Assembly (NCBI GenBank): GCA_964016885.1
Contig: OZ024749.1
Span: forward strand, 7,440,001-7,504,000
Direction: 5' to 3'
Source: Eledone cirrhosa
Taxonomy: Eukaryota
Length of the DNA: 64,000 bases
A program made the translations under genes and the position numbers. This document shows positions 21,945 to 34,795 of this stretch, in pieces. Each line of letters opens with the position of its first letter. Position 1 is the first letter of the stretch. Under the pieces are notes generated by a model that did no database searches, was not told the DNA's origin, and saw nothing but the letters and a program-made list of their open reading frames with translations.

Positions 21945-24900
21945 ATGATGTTCCAGAACAATGTAAACGAGATAATTGCCAATTTGGGTTCTGGAACAAA
22001 AAAGATCATTTGCAATAAGGGCAGGGGCCCCAAGTTATCACAACCTGGGCCCGCCCGTCATCGTGCCATTGTAATAGAGCCAAACAGGGCATTTAGTCTT
22101 GGCTGCTGGAACGTACGGACGCTGCTTGACAGGGATTCTTTGGAGCGTCCTGAACGAAGGACCGCTCTTGTTGCGAAGGAGCTTCGACGTTACGATCTTG
22201 ACATCGTGGCTTTGTCTGAGACGAGGTTAGCTGGAGAAGGTCATCTTACGGAATTTTGTGGAGAATATACATTCTTCTGGAAAGGAAGAGATGAAGGAAC
22301 CAGAAGAGAGGCTGGGGTAGGATTTGCTGTTAAGACTGTACTGGTGAATAAATTGGAAGAATTCCCAGTGGGGATTAGTGAGCGTCTTATGTCCATGAGA
22401 GTTCCGCTGGACAAGGGAAGATATGCTACCCTGGTGAGTGTGTATGCTCCAACTATGAATTCTGTCGATGAAGAAAAACTGTCCTTTTACCATGCCTTGA
22501 AAGGTGTTTTAAGAAATATCCCTCAGGCAGACAAAGTCATCGTGCTTGGTGACTTTAATGCTAGAGTGGGTAGGGATTTTAACACATGGAATGTAATCGG
22601 AAGGCATGGGATGGGAAAGTGTAACAGCAATGGTATGCTCTTGCTGCAGATGTGTGAGGAGCTGGATCTGTGTGTTACCAACACCATGTTCCAACAAAAG
22701 AACAAATTCAAGACCACATGGATGCATCCTGCATCTAAGGAATGGCATCTTTTGGACTACGTCCTAGTCAGGATGCGTGACAGACAGGATGTGCGGTGTG
22801 TTCGTGTTCTTCGTGGAGCTGAGTGCTGGACGGACCACCGCCTGGTACGCGCAAAAGTGAATCTAATCACCAAACGTAAAATCCGGGCTCCTGGTGTTAC
22901 CCTGCCCAAAAGATTGAATGCTGCTCGTCTTAAGGATAAAAATGTGAAGAGGACATTGGAAGAAGAGATGCAGGCTGCAGATCTTGGTGAGGATTGGCCG
23001 ACCCTTAAAAAGTCGGTTTATGATGTAGGCAGACGTGTTCTGGGATTGGTGCAGAGAAAACATCAGGACTGGTTTGATGAGAAAGATGTGCATATAGATG
23101 ACTTGTTGGCTGATAAGAGGCGCGCTCTGTCACGCTACTTGACGGCAAGACCACAGGAGAGGAATACGTTGCATGAGGAGCTCAGGGATGTAAAATCACG
23201 TGTTAGGCGGAGTCTTTCTCAGATGAAGGATCAGTGGTGGAGTGAGAAGGCTGGTGAGATACAAACTGCGTCTGATTGCAATAACACAAAGCTGTTGTAC
23301 AGTCTCTTGCGTGAGGTTTATGGACCGTCTTCTTCTCTGGTGACACCGATTCGCAGCAGGGATGGCAAAGAACTTCTTCGTGACTCACAGGGAATTCTAC
23401 GAAGGTGGCGGGAGCACTTTGATGATCTTTTGAATCAGCCGTCTGTCGTCAGTGAAGATTTCCTCAATCTCATTCCGGAAAGTCCTGTGAAAGTAGCTCT
23501 CGCAGAGCCTCCGACACTTGTGGAGGTTGCAGTGGCTATTTCGAAGCTGAACAGTGGAAGATCTCCAGGTATGGATGGCATACATGCTGAGCTCCTACAA
23601 TATGGTGGTGAGAGACTCCTGCAGCATCTTCACTCTCTGTTTGGAGGGATATGGGCTAATGAATCCGTGCCTGAGGACTGGAGAGATGCAGTAATGGTGG
23701 TCTTGTACAAGGGAAAGGGTAACAGGAATGATTGTGGGAACTACAGAGGTATATCATTGCTTTCTGTCGTGGGGAAAGTTTTATGTAGGGTGCTTCTGGA
23801 CCGTCTGCTGACACACATTGCAGATTGTGTCCTTCCTGAAAGTCAATCTGGTTTTCGTGTTGGACGCGGCACTACTGATATGATCTTCTCAGCTAGACAG
23901 CTCCAGGAGAAGTGCATTGAACAGGGCTTGGATCTGTATCAGGTTTTTGTCGATCTGACAAAGGCTTTCGATACTGTCAACAGAGATGCATTATGGAAGG
24001 TTCTCCAGAAACTTGGTTGCCCTGATAAGTTCCTTGCTTTAGTTAGGTCTTTCCATGACGACATGAAGGCTTGGGTTAATGTCGGAGGTAACATGTCGGA
24101 GCCTATCTCAGTAAAAAATGGAGTGAAACAGGGGGATATTCCAGCACCGACCCTGTTTGCCATATACTTTGCAATGGTTTTCTGTATTGCATTCAGGAAT
24201 TGCGAGCATGGTGTTTACATCCGATATCGAACCTCAGGCAGCATATTTAACATCAGGCGCTTTGCTGCGAAGACAAAAGTATTTACATCAGTCATAAGAG
24301 ACCTCTTGTATGCAGATGATTGCGATCTTGTAGCGCACACAGAGAGTGATATGCAGCACATTTTGAATGTATTTTCTGACGCTTGCACTGCCCTGGGTTT
24401 GACTGTCAGTCTCAAGAAAACCGTCGTCATGTACCAACCTGCACCTGGTAGGCAGTACACTGAACCAAACATCTATGTGTATGGCAAACGACTTGGAGTG
24501 GTTGATCAGTTTGTCTACCTGGGAAGCACTGTCAATCGATACGGCAACCTAGACAGTGAAATCTCACTTAGGATTAGGAAAGCAAGTGATGCTTTCGGAA
24601 AGCTAGAAAGGCGACTCTGGGGTCGGCGAGACATATGCAGGAGGACAAAGGTAAAGGTGTACAGGGCATGTGTACTCTCTTGTCTTCTTTATGCCTGCGA
24701 GACCTGGGTCACATATCGACGCCACCTTAAGCAATTGGAGCGTTTCCATCAGATGTGTCTCAGACGGATACATGGCGTTCGCTGGAGGGACCACATCAGT
24801 GATGTCGAGATTTTGGAAAGCTCTATGTGTGACAGTATAGAAGCTCTTGTGCTTAAGCAGCGACTCCGTTGGAGTGGTCACCTTGCCAGGATGAAGGATT

Positions 24901-25490
24901 CTAGAATACCAAAACAACTCTTCTATGGAGAGTTGGTTAAAGGAAAACGACCGCCACATAAACCAAAAAAGAGGTATAAGGATTCCTTGAGGGCCTCTCT
25001 GAAAGACGCTAACATCTCTGCTGATACATGGGAAAATATTGCTGCTGATCGTAATAAATGGAGAAAGACTGTATATGAGGGAAAAGTTGCCTTTGAGGCA
25101 TCTCGAATCGCACACGAGAAAGTAAAGCGGGACGTGAGGAAGGGTATTGCTGTTGCACTTCCAGACGGCGAGGGTCCTCCTATGTTTCTGACATGCAGCG
25201 TCTGTGCGAGACTCTGCCTAAGCAAAGCTGGACTCGAAAGTCATCTTCGCAGTCATAAAGTAAGACCAGTGGTTGACTACCAGGCTGCTGTTGGAGATGC
25301 TACTCATCATGCTTGCCAAACATGTGGTAGAGAATGTAAATCAGCAGGAGGACTCAAGCGACATGCAAAAGTACACGAACTCCAACCACAGCCGACTATT
25401 CCCAGTAAATGTTTTGGTTGCCGACTCTGTGCAAGACATTTTGGATCATTGGCTGGGCTAAAAAGCCACATTCGATCGCAGCACTGTTAG
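21945..25490 (+). CDS. RTE ORF: APE endonuclease + reverse transcriptase + three C2H2 zinc fingers (1181 aa)
   Basis: APE motifs CWNVRTL, LSETR, GDFNARVG, LLDYVL and TDHRLV. RT motifs NYRGISLLS, QSGFR, FVDLTKAFD, GVKQG, LYADDC and YLGS. RTE C-terminal LRWSGHLARM. Fingers CSVC..HLRSH, CQTC..HAKVH and CRLC..HIRSQH. No stops or frameshifts. Confidence 0.96.
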   Translation: MMFQNNVNEIIANLGSGTKKIICNKGRGPKLSQPGPARHRAIVIEPNRAFSLGCWNVRTLLDRDSLERPERRTALVAKELRRYDLDIVALSETRLAGEGHLTEFCGEYTFFWKGRDEGTRREAGVGFAVKTVLVNKLEEFPVGISERLMSMRVPLDKGRYATLVSVYAPTMNSVDEEKLSFYHALKGVLRNIPQADKVIVLGDFNARVGRDFNTWNVIGRHGMGKCNSNGMLLLQMCEELDLCVTNTMFQQKNKFKTTWMHPASKEWHLLDYVLVRMRDRQDVRCVRVLRGAECWTDHRLVRAKVNLITKRKIRAPGVTLPKRLNAARLKDKNVKRTLEEEMQAADLGEDWPTLKKSVYDVGRRVLGLVQRKHQDWFDEKDVHIDDLLADKRRALSRYLTARPQERNTLHEELRDVKSRVRRSLSQMKDQWWSEKAGEIQTASDCNNTKLLYSLLREVYGPSSSLVTPIRSRDGKELLRDSQGILRRWREHFDDLLNQPSVVSEDFLNLIPESPVKVALAEPPTLVEVAVAISKLNSGRSPGMDGIHAELLQYGGERLLQHLHSLFGGIWANESVPEDWRDAVMVVLYKGKGNRNDCGNYRGISLLSVVGKVLCRVLLDRLLTHIADCVLPESQSGFRVGRGTTDMIFSARQLQEKCIEQGLDLYQVFVDLTKAFDTVNRDALWKVLQKLGCPDKFLALVRSFHDDMKAWVNVGGNMSEPISVKNGVKQGDIPAPTLFAIYFAMVFCIAFRNCEHGVYIRYRTSGSIFNIRRFAAKTKVFTSVIRDLLYADDCDLVAHTESDMQHILNVFSDACTALGLTVSLKKTVVMYQPAPGRQYTEPNIYVYGKRLGVVDQFVYLGSTVNRYGNLDSEISLRIRKASDAFGKLERRLWGRRDICRRTKVKVYRACVLSCLLYACETWVTYRRHLKQLERFHQMCLRRIHGVRWRDHISDVEILESSMCDSIEALVLKQRLRWSGHLARMKDSRIPKQLFYGELVKGKRPPHKPKKRYKDSLRASLKDANISADTWENIAADRNKWRKTVYEGKVAFEASRIAHEKVKRDVRKGIAVALPDGEGPPMFLTCSVCARLCLSKAGLESHLRSHKVRPVVDYQAAVGDATHHACQTCGRECKSAGGLKRHAKVHELQPQPTIPSKCFGCRLCARHFGSLAGLKSHIRSQHC

Positions 25491-25498
25491 TTGCTATC

Positions 25499-25538
<40 letters not shown>

Positions 25539-25651
25539 GCTTATGTGCGTGCGTGTGTGTGTATATATATATGAATATGTATATTATTATTGTTGTTGTC
25601 GTTATTATTATTATTGCTATTATTATTATTATTATTATTATTGTTGTTGTT

Positions 25652-26485
25652 ATTCCTTGAATCTCAGTCATTGATGTTGGTTAACTGGAAAGTCCGTTGG
25701 ATTGAATATCAAGCCACTACCTGCAGCCTCAGATATTCAGGACGTATCGGAGGGTTCTTGCCGTTCCAAGCAAGCATGCCTTTTGAAGCGTTCCAAAAAG
25801 CGTGAAGGGGCCGATTTTCTTTAACCATCCCTGGAAACCTTTGGAGATAGTCCCCAGTGCGCCTATGACAATCGGGATCACTTTGACTTCATGGCAGTTC
25901 CAAATCCTTTTCACCTCCCACTTTAGGTCCTGGTATCGGTTAATTTTCTCCCTCTCCTTCTCTTGCACTCTCGTGTCGAACGGGCAGGCCACATCCACAA
26001 TCAGGCACGATCTTTTTTCTTTGTCCACAACCACCAGGTCAGGTCTATTGTGTTCCAGTTTTTTGTCCGTCTGTATCCTAAAATCCCACAGCACCTTCAC
26101 CTGATTGTTCTCCATCACCGCCTCTGGCCTATGCTCATACCATTTCTCAGAATGTGGTAGATTGTTTACTTTGCACAGGTGCCAGTGGATCACCCTGCCC
26201 ATCACATCGTGTCTCCAGCCCTTATAGTGGGTCTGGGCTAGGTGTTTACACTCGGACACAATGTGAGCCACAGTCTCCTCTCTCTCTCCACAGATCCTGC
26301 ACAGTGGGCTAGCCTCCTCCTTGTAGATATGGTGCTTCAACCACTTCGTTTTGAGGGCCTGCTCCTGCGCAGCCATTAGCATTCCTTCTGTAGCCTTTTT
26401 GAGGTCTCCTCTTCTCAACCAGTTCCATGTCTGTGGATCTCTAAATTCAGTTTTCTCAAAGAAGGTACTATGAAGGGATTTTCCC

Positions 26486-26486
<1 letters not shown>
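25652..26486 (-). mobile_element. 5'-truncated R4/Dong-clade non-LTR element (CCHC knuckle + restriction-like endonuclease) in (TAA)n
   Basis: [52 protein letters not shown] and IPIVIGALG. Stop at 25729. (TAA)n on both sides. Confidence 0.9.
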
Positions 26487-26517
<31 letters not shown>

Positions 26518-26874
26518 TTTTCTTTTTTTTTTTTTTTTTTTTTTTTTTTTGTTTTTTATTGTGCAATGGCCATACTCGATAACGAGGGGGCAGCCATCAT
26601 ATGTATGTATATATATATATATGTATGTATATATATATATATGTATGTATATATATATGTATATGTATATATATATATGTGTGTATATATATATATATGT
26701 ATGTATATATATATGTATATGTATATATATATATGTGTGTATATATATATATATATGTATGTATATATATATGTATATGTATATATATATATGTATATGT
26801 ATATATATATATGTGTGTATATATATATATATGTGTGTATATATATATATATGTGTATATATATATATATATGT

Positions 26875-27708
26875 ATAACTTTGAATAACTTTGAAATGTT
26901 TTGGCCAGTATTGGCTCATGCCATGTCTAACTTAATAGCACCACCTGGCGAAGTCTTTCAATTCAGGATTTGGGCACCATGGCCCATTCGAGAAGAGAAT
27001 TACTGTTTGCGGAGACATATCCGGGTGTGGGTGGTTTGTCCGGGATTACTTGGAGGAATTTGTCCAAAGACTTCTTGAATTTTGTGTGGTCAGTTTCTGT
27101 TTTGACGTGTCCTGGTGTGATGTTGAAGAGAGCAGGGCCGATTGAGGTGAAATAATTGTGCCGTATTGTTGTTATGAGTTGCGATTTAGATTTTTGAATG
27201 GGACGGATAGCACGGGGCCCAAGCCTTGGGTGTATCTTGAAGGCGATGCCAACATCATTTGGGCAGTGATGATGGAACATTTTCCACATCATGCAGATAA
27301 TATAACGCTCACGGCGACGTTGGAGTGAGTAAAGTTTCAGGTTTTCTAATCGACCCCAGTAGTCAAGGTCTGACATGCCATCTATCTTTTTCGTGATTGC
27401 CCTTTGAGGAGCTTCAAGTATCATGATACTTTGTTTCGTGTGGGGAGACCACAGTGGACAACAGTATTCAAGGTGTGGTCGGGCGAAATTAGAGAAGAGT
27501 AGGATAATGGTGCGGGAATCTCTCGACTGGAAGGTTCTGAGGATCCAGGAACACATTCTGCGGGCCATGTCAACTTTGCTGCTTATATGCGTGGTCCAGC
27601 TTATGTTGCTGTCCACGGTTACTCCCAAGTCTCTGATGTTGTTAGATGCCACGAGAGTTTCCCCGGAGGGAAGGGAGTACGGGAATTTCAGAGCATCCTC
27701 TTTTCCAA
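26875..27708 (-). mobile_element. 5'-truncated CR1/Jockey-group LINE, near-identical to the 3' end of 38961-40899
   Basis: [35 protein letters not shown]. Tail (TTCAAAGTTA)2. Confidence 0.92.
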
Positions 27709-27837
27709 TATGTATGTATATATATGTATGTATGTATATATATGTATGTATGTATATGTATATATGTATGTATGTATATGTATATATGTATATATGTATA
27801 TATATATATGTATGTATATATATATATGTATATATGT

Positions 27838-27878
<41 letters not shown>

Positions 27879-27915
27879 TATATGTATGTATATATGTATG
27901 TATATATATATATGT

Positions 27916-28525
27916 GTCAGGTCACCAGTTGGTGCTACTGGTAACATGTATCCCAGTACAACCTGTCCCATGGTTGGGTCGTTGGCGACTAAACTGGCAA
28001 CCCCACCAAGGTTTCTTGGTGAGGAGGGTGACTTTGGACATCCTGCAGGACTAAAAACAAAACCTGTCAAAGGGCAAAGGAGCTCTTAAGAGTCAATGAC
28101 CATTCAAAATCACCGGGAGAGATGACCTCTTAGCCTTTGTTTAGGCAGAATTCTAGGAGAAGGAAAACTCTGATATAACACATGCAACCCTCATGGTATC
28201 CAATGATGTTGACTTGTTCTTCTTTTTGGTAAATATCATCTTGGTTAAGAGAGTGGGACTGGCTTTGTGCAGTGCCTTTGCTCACTATAAAAGCTTCACG
28301 GAACAGGCATTGCTTTATATCTGGAGATCTCTCTGCACTTGTCGTCACATGGAACCATGGGCCCAGCACTATGTGTCAATAATTGTCACAAGTGTAGTGT
28401 TTGTACCAGAGTTTTCAAGTCGCTGGCTGGACTAAAAAGTCACACTTGTTCAGCGCATCGGTAGGGGTTCTCCTACATGGATATATAGTAGTGGCCGTAC
28501 TCGAAAACGAGTTGGCAGCCACCAT
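27916..28525 (+). mobile_element. 610-bp non-autonomous RTE derivative, copy 2
   Basis: Collinear with 19318-19927 with only scattered substitutions and the same termini. Microsatellite flanks. Confidence 0.88.
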
Positions 28526-28688
28526 ATATATATATATGTATGTATATATATATATGTATGTATATATATATATGTATGTATATATATATATATATATATG
28601 TATGTATATATGTATGTATATATATATATGTATGTATATATATATTTGTATGTATATATATATATGTGTGTATATATATGTATGTGTG

Positions 28689-28719
<31 letters not shown>

Positions 28720-28785
28720 GTATATATATATGTGTATATATATATATATGTGTGTATATATATATATATATGTGTATATATATAA

Positions 28786-28823
<38 letters not shown>

Positions 28824-28830
28824 ATATATA

Positions 28831-28861
<31 letters not shown>

Positions 28862-28872
28862 GTGTATATATA

Positions 28873-28903
<31 letters not shown>

Positions 28904-28982
28904 GTGTATATATATATATATATGTGTATATATATATATATATGTGTATATATATATATATATGTGTATATATATATGTGTG

Positions 28983-29013
<31 letters not shown>

Positions 29014-29660
29014 GTTTGATTTAGAACGTATGTATATATATACACATATATATATATATTTGTGTATATATATATATGTGTATATATATATATATATATA
29101 TGTGTATATATATATATATATGTGTATATATATATGTGTGTATATATATATATGTGTGTATATATATATATATATGTATGTTTATATATATATATGTATG
29201 TATATATATATATATGTATGTATATATATATATGTATGTATATATATATATATGTATGTATATATATATATATATGTATGTATATATATATGTATGTATA
29301 TATATATGTATGTATGTATATATATATGTATGTATATATATATGTATGTATATATATATATGTATGTATATATATATATGTGTATATATATATATGTATG
29401 TGTATATATATATATGTATGTGTATATATATATATGTATGTGTATATATATATATGTATGTGTATATATATATATGTATGTGTATATATATATATATGTA
29501 TGTATATATATGTATATATATATATGTATGTATATATATATATATATATATGTGTATATATATATAAATGTGTATATATATATGTATGTATATATATATA
29601 CATATATATATGTTTGATTTAGAACGTATGTATATATATATATACATATATATATAAGTT
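28526..29660. repeat. (TA)/(TG)/(TATG) array with a thrice-repeated GTTTGATTTAGAACGTA motif
   Basis: Motif at about 29014, 29612 and 29658. Confidence 0.93.
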
Positions 29661-29671
29661 TGATTTAGAAC

Positions 29672-31253
29672 GTAGCACAATGGAAAGCATCCCACAGATA
29701 ACTAATTCCATACACCAGAGTATAACTGTAACTATCGACTACCCTTCCAAACACCCTAACAATAGACTACCTGTATTAGACACGGAACTCTGGATTAACA
29801 CTATAGACGAGAGGGCCCAAATTCTCCACTCACCCCATTCTAAACGCATGGCCTCCAAATACCTGATACTCAAAAACTCAGCAATGTCCAGTAGTGCTAA
29901 GTTTAATATTCTGATCGCAGATTTGGTACGAGTGATGAAGAATGTGTCCCGCATGTGCGACCAACAGAAATGGAAAGACACATCCAACACTTCATCAACC
30001 GCATGCAGTTCTCTGGCTACAACCAAAGAGACAGAATCAGAGTATACGAAGGAGCCATGGAAAAGTATAAGACCCTCATAGAACTGGACATGAAAGGAAT
30101 TTGCCCATTATACAGGAGCAAATCATGGAATAGCTTAGATAGGGCTAGACATAAGATAGGGAAAGCCACCTCATGGTACGACAACCAGACATACCAGAGT
30201 GTCATATTCCTGGACGCTGCTCCTGGAGGGAAATTAGCTAACCAGTGTAGAAAGGCCCTGAGAAAGCCCCACTTAAAGATTAGAAAAGCCAGGAACCACC
30301 ATAACATTCCTGATCAGCAAAACCTTCCCCTTTAAGAAAACCCACTGTACTAATAGGAAATGTATCATATGTAAGGTGAACCCCCGGATAAACTGTAAAA
30401 CTAGAAACGTAGTCTATAGCATAAGATGTACAGAGTGTACTTGCCGAAACATGACAACAACATACATAGGCGAGACAGCTCGTAGCATAGGTGAAAGGAT
30501 AGACCAATACTGGGGAAAACTAAAAGGACGAAAACACGGATCAGTACTATACGAACATGCCAGACAACAACACGACGTTAACATAGACAACATAGAAATT
30601 AGAATAATATCTAAACATAGAAATGACCCAGCAGATAGGCAAATCAGAGAGGCCAGTGAAATAGAACTTAGAAGACCAAGACTAAACAGAAAGAATGAAT
30701 GGAATAACAACAACACCCAAACAAACAACACTGACCTAAGAGAAGTATAAATAAATAAATAAATAGATAAATAAATAAATACATACACAAGCACAATAAC
30801 AACAGACACAAATAAACACACACTAGTAAAGATAGAATACATTAACCGATACACAGTCACCCAATCACAAACACACATCAAACAAAACACTATTCGCAAA
30901 GAAGACAAAATAAAATAAACAAACAAACAAATAAAGAAAGAAATATATAGACAGACTAATTAAAAATGGCGTAGACATACAATGTAACGGGAGGAAACAA
31001 TAGCACCACTGACGATGTTGCAGATGTGCAACGAAAAAACTTTGATAAACTATATACATGTGTTTGTGTCTATATTGTATCTGTATTACTTTTGACCGTC
31101 GGTCAGTCAATGGCAACATTGAGGACCGAATAATTTAGATTACCGATATAAAAGACACAGAAGCGAAAAGCGAATACCAACCAAACAGTGAATGTGTTCT
31201 GTTATTATTTCTGGCAATATTACACAAATATGACCCTCCCCAAGTATAACAAT
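29672..31253 (+). mobile_element. Penelope-like element: frameshifted RT C-terminus/thumb + GIY-YIG endonuclease + pseudo-LTR
   Basis: TIDYPS....LPVLDTELW, MQFSGY, PLYRSKSW, CKTRNVVYSIRCTEC..YIGETARSIGERI..SVLYEH..DRQIREA..LNRKNEW. 3' pLTR repeated at 32314-32480 and 59469-59986. Confidence 0.88.
31004..31046 (+). ncRNA. Degenerate hammerhead in the PLE pLTR
   Basis: CTGACGA t GTTGCA gatg TGCAAC GAAA. Helices I and III are decayed. Confidence 0.45.
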
Positions 31254-32020
31254 ATTTGTTTCGACACACGATTTCATATAAAAAACCTCGCAAAACTAAT
31301 TCATCGCCGTTAGTGCATTAGCTTGTGCCAAGCTGAAAGGTTATTGAAAGACACTGTTTTCTGTTATATAAAAACTACAATAACAGAACAAATCCGCTTC
31401 TTAAAACACTGTGTTTCCTCCAAAATATACACAACAAACATCAAAACAAGTAAATAATTTATTATTGAACAAAACACAAGCTGAACGACTAAAACACACA
31501 ATAACAGTTAATATGAAAAGAACAACATACACAAAAGTCAGCGAACTTTACAGACAGAAACGCATTAACGGTAAGGAAGTCCAAAATCTCACCACACCAA
31601 ACGAAAGGGATGACTTCATGAGCGTCATCCGACGTTAAACGAAATACGCCCGAAACGAATGCAATAGGCATTTCAATAAGAAATTAGAATGGATGAATAA
31701 GAAAAAACTACAAGAAAGGAAAATAGAATATTCTCAAAAATACCCAGATAACATCAACAATATCCGTATGACTGATGTAAAACTACCGGAAGAATTTACC
31801 AATGACCACACAGTAAATATTTATGGGAACACTTTAATCAGTGAACAAGAACAACAAATCCTGCAGCTACCACCAAAATTTGCCATCTACAAAAAGATTA
31901 ACCCTATTGAGTGCAAAACGGAGCTGGAAAAGTGTTTTACAAAAATACGTTGGAATGCAAAAGTACATAACAACAACAACAATAATAACGGTAGTAGTAA
32001 TATAAACAATAATATAGAAA
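31230..32020 (+). pseudogene. Disrupted N-terminal ORF of the next (tandem) PLE copy
   Basis: ATG inside the pLTR end reads [20 protein letters not shown]. Later segments EQIRFLKHC and ISEQEQQILQLPPKFAI..ELEKCFTKIRW are typical of PLE N-terminal domains. Confidence 0.65.
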
Positions 32021-32313
32021 TAACAGCCATAACAATAACAATAGCAGGAGAGTGAGAAATAGTAATAATGGTAATCATACTAACGATGGACAGAACAACA
32101 ACAACACCCACAATAATAATAATAATAATAGAAACATTAAACACAGACACAGCAGCAGCGATCACAGTAGTAATAACGGTAACAATACGAACAACAACAA
32201 CAATAACCACAGTGGTAATAATGGAAATAATACATGTAGCAACATTAATGATAGACACAACGAAAACAAGAAACATAATAAAAGTAACAACCACAATGGT
32301 AGAAATAACAGTA

Positions 32314-32478
32314 ACTGTATTACTTTTGACCGTCGGTCAGTCAATGGCAACATTGAGGACCGAATAAATTAGATTACCGATATAAAAGACACAGAAGCGA
32401 AAACCAACCAAACAGTGAGTGTGTTCTGTTATTAATTCTGGCAATATTACACAAATATGACCCTCCCCAAGTAAAACA

Positions 32479-32480
<2 letters not shown>
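32314..32480 (+). mobile_element. Partial pLTR of the 29672 PLE family
   Basis: CTGTATTACTTTTGACCGTCGGTCAGTCAATGG...ATGACCCTCCCCAAGTAAAACAAT, followed by (AT)n. Confidence 0.85.
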
Positions 32481-32509
<29 letters not shown>

Positions 32510-32539
32510 AAAGATAAAGATAATAATGACAAAAATAAA

Positions 32540-33064
32540 ACCTGGTTTACCAATGCACAGTGGAATCAGACGACCAGAAATAGTATTACATCGGAGCGAC
32601 TGGGAATACCTTTAAAGCCCGTTGGTATACACACCGTTACGCAATGAAACATTCTCAGCAACGTTATGTAACTACCCTTGCAAACAAGACCTGCCAACTG
32701 AGGGAAAGTAACCATCAATACACCCTGAAGTGGAAAAAATTATCGAACGCGCTCCCATATCGGAGTGGTATGAGAAGCTATCGATTATGCTACCTTGAGC
32801 TGTTCCACATCTTAAGTTCGAAGAATAGGTTACTCAACAATAAAATCGAGAGATCAATTTATTGTAACCATAGACTTTATACCCTCTTGTTGTCTCTGAA
32901 CCCTTTAATTACCCACAAAACCAAAACATATATCCCTCCTTTCTCCCTCATTCCTCTTCTATTTCTTCGTTTTCTTCCTTCCTTCCCACCCCTTCTTGGC
33001 TATCTTTTCTTTTCTTCTTTCTCACCCCCTTCTTTGCTTTTATTTTTGTCATTATTATCTTTAT

Positions 33065-33110
<46 letters not shown>

Positions 33111-33580
33111 CTCTTTATATCTCCCCCTCCCTCCCTCCCTATCCCTACCTCCCTCCCTCTCCCTCCCTCACACTATGATCAATTTAATTCACTTTAACTC
33201 ACTACATTCCACGACATGAAGTCTGGTATCAAAACTGACCAAGGAATCCTTGCACCTCTACCCCTCCCTCCATTTCAGTTTGTCATTCTACTTCCTACCT
33301 CTTCCCCCTTCCTCTCTCTCTATACTATTCCGTCTGTCCCCTCACCTTCTGATTCCTCTCTCTCTATACTAGTAAATACAATTCCAAATAAATGTTTTTC
33401 TCTATATATTAAGAATTATTTGAAGAGTAACTTACTATTTTGAAAATTTGGAGTGTGAACAGCAATTAGAATTGAGTGGCTGCTATTTGCAGTATAGCAA
33501 TATAAGGTTGCACTTACCAACGAAACGGTCGTAAATACCTGGATAAAATCCTTCTCTTAATGCTTACCTGTGTTTTCTCT
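32540..33580 (+). mobile_element. Second PLE family (Naiad-like GIY-YIG) 3' fragment
   Basis: VYQCTVE..YYIGATGNTFKARWYTH..TTLANK..YTLKW..PYRSG..LC.LE.FHIL..LLN.KIERS..C.H. Homologous to 57240-57802. Confidence 0.8.
33436..33537 (+). ncRNA. Type I hammerhead, U3-A8 core variant with a long helix II insertion
   Basis: TATT | TTGAAAA | tTTGG AGTGTGA...TTGCACT ta CCAAc | GAAA CG gt CG TA^ | AATA. Confidence 0.6.
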
Positions 33581-33583
33581 TTT

Positions 33584-33618
<35 letters not shown>

Positions 33619-33739
33619 TTATATATATACATGATGGCTAGTAGACCACTGATGATGGATAGTCCTAGGTTCTATTTCTAATTCTTCATTTTAATTTGTA
33701 TATCACATTTGCCACAACACATCACGCAATTTTTCTTTC

Positions 33740-33820
33740 CTATATATATATATATATATATGCATCTATGTATGTATATATATATATATATATATATGCA
33801 TCTATGTATGTATATATAGA

Positions 33821-33854
<34 letters not shown>

Positions 33855-33967
33855 TCTATGTATGTATATATAGATGCATATATATATATATATATATGCA
33901 TCTATGTATGTATATATAGATGCATATATGTATATATAGATGCATATATATATATATATATAGATGC

Positions 33968-33999
<32 letters not shown>

Positions 34000-34074
34000 G
34001 TATGTATATATATATATATATATATATGCATCTATGTATGTATATATATATATATATATATATATGCATCTATG

Positions 34075-34105
<31 letters not shown>

Positions 34106-34174
34106 GCATCTATGTATGTATATATATATATATATATGCATCTATGTATATATGCATCTATGTATGTATGTATA

Positions 34175-34205
<31 letters not shown>

Positions 34206-34226
34206 GCATCTATGTATGTATGTATA

Positions 34227-34259
<33 letters not shown>

Positions 34260-34512
34260 GCATCTATGTATGTATGTATATATATGTATATATATATATA
34301 TATATATATGCATCTATGTATGTATGTATATATATGTATATATATATATATGTATATATGCATCTATGTATGTATGTATATATATATATATATATATATA
34401 TGCATCTATGTATGTATGTATCTATATATATATATATATATATATGCATCTATGTATGTATATATATATATATATATGCATCTATGTATGTATGTATATA
34501 TATATATGTATG

Positions 34513-34558
<46 letters not shown>

Positions 34559-34594
34559 TCTATGTATATATATATATATATATATATATGCATC

Positions 34595-34630
<36 letters not shown>

Positions 34631-34750
34631 TCTATGTATATATATATATATATATATATATGCATCTATGTATGTATGTATGTATATATATATATGTATC
34701 TATGGATGTATATATATATATATATGTATATATATATGCATCTATGGATG

Positions 34751-34795
<45 letters not shown>
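33740..34795. repeat. (TA)n array with a GCATCTATG higher-order unit
   Basis: Direct inspection. Confidence 0.95.

Larger units (their letters stand above)
21657..26600 (+). mobile_element. RTE-clade LINE, near full length, with a nested insertion in the 3' UTR
   Basis: 5' UTR, a single intact ORF, and a 3' UTR that resumes after the nested element and ends GTGCAATGGCCATACTCGATAACGAGGGGGCAGCCATCAT. Both flanks are (TA/TATG)n. Confidence 0.9.

Noticed and set aside
25729-26919. 396-aa ORF as a complete gene
   Set aside because: The N-terminal part is microsatellite and RTE-tail read-through. Only 25729-26486 is a real, truncated R4/Dong ORF.
29014-29675. Thrice-repeated GTTTGATTTAGAACGTA as a CRISPR-like or regulatory array
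   Set aside because: The spacers are microsatellite and the context is eukaryotic. Best explained by local slippage duplication.
33643-33675. GACCA CTGATGA T GGA tag TCC hammerhead-like start
   Set aside because: GAAA and the 3' strand of helix I are missing. At most a decayed relic.
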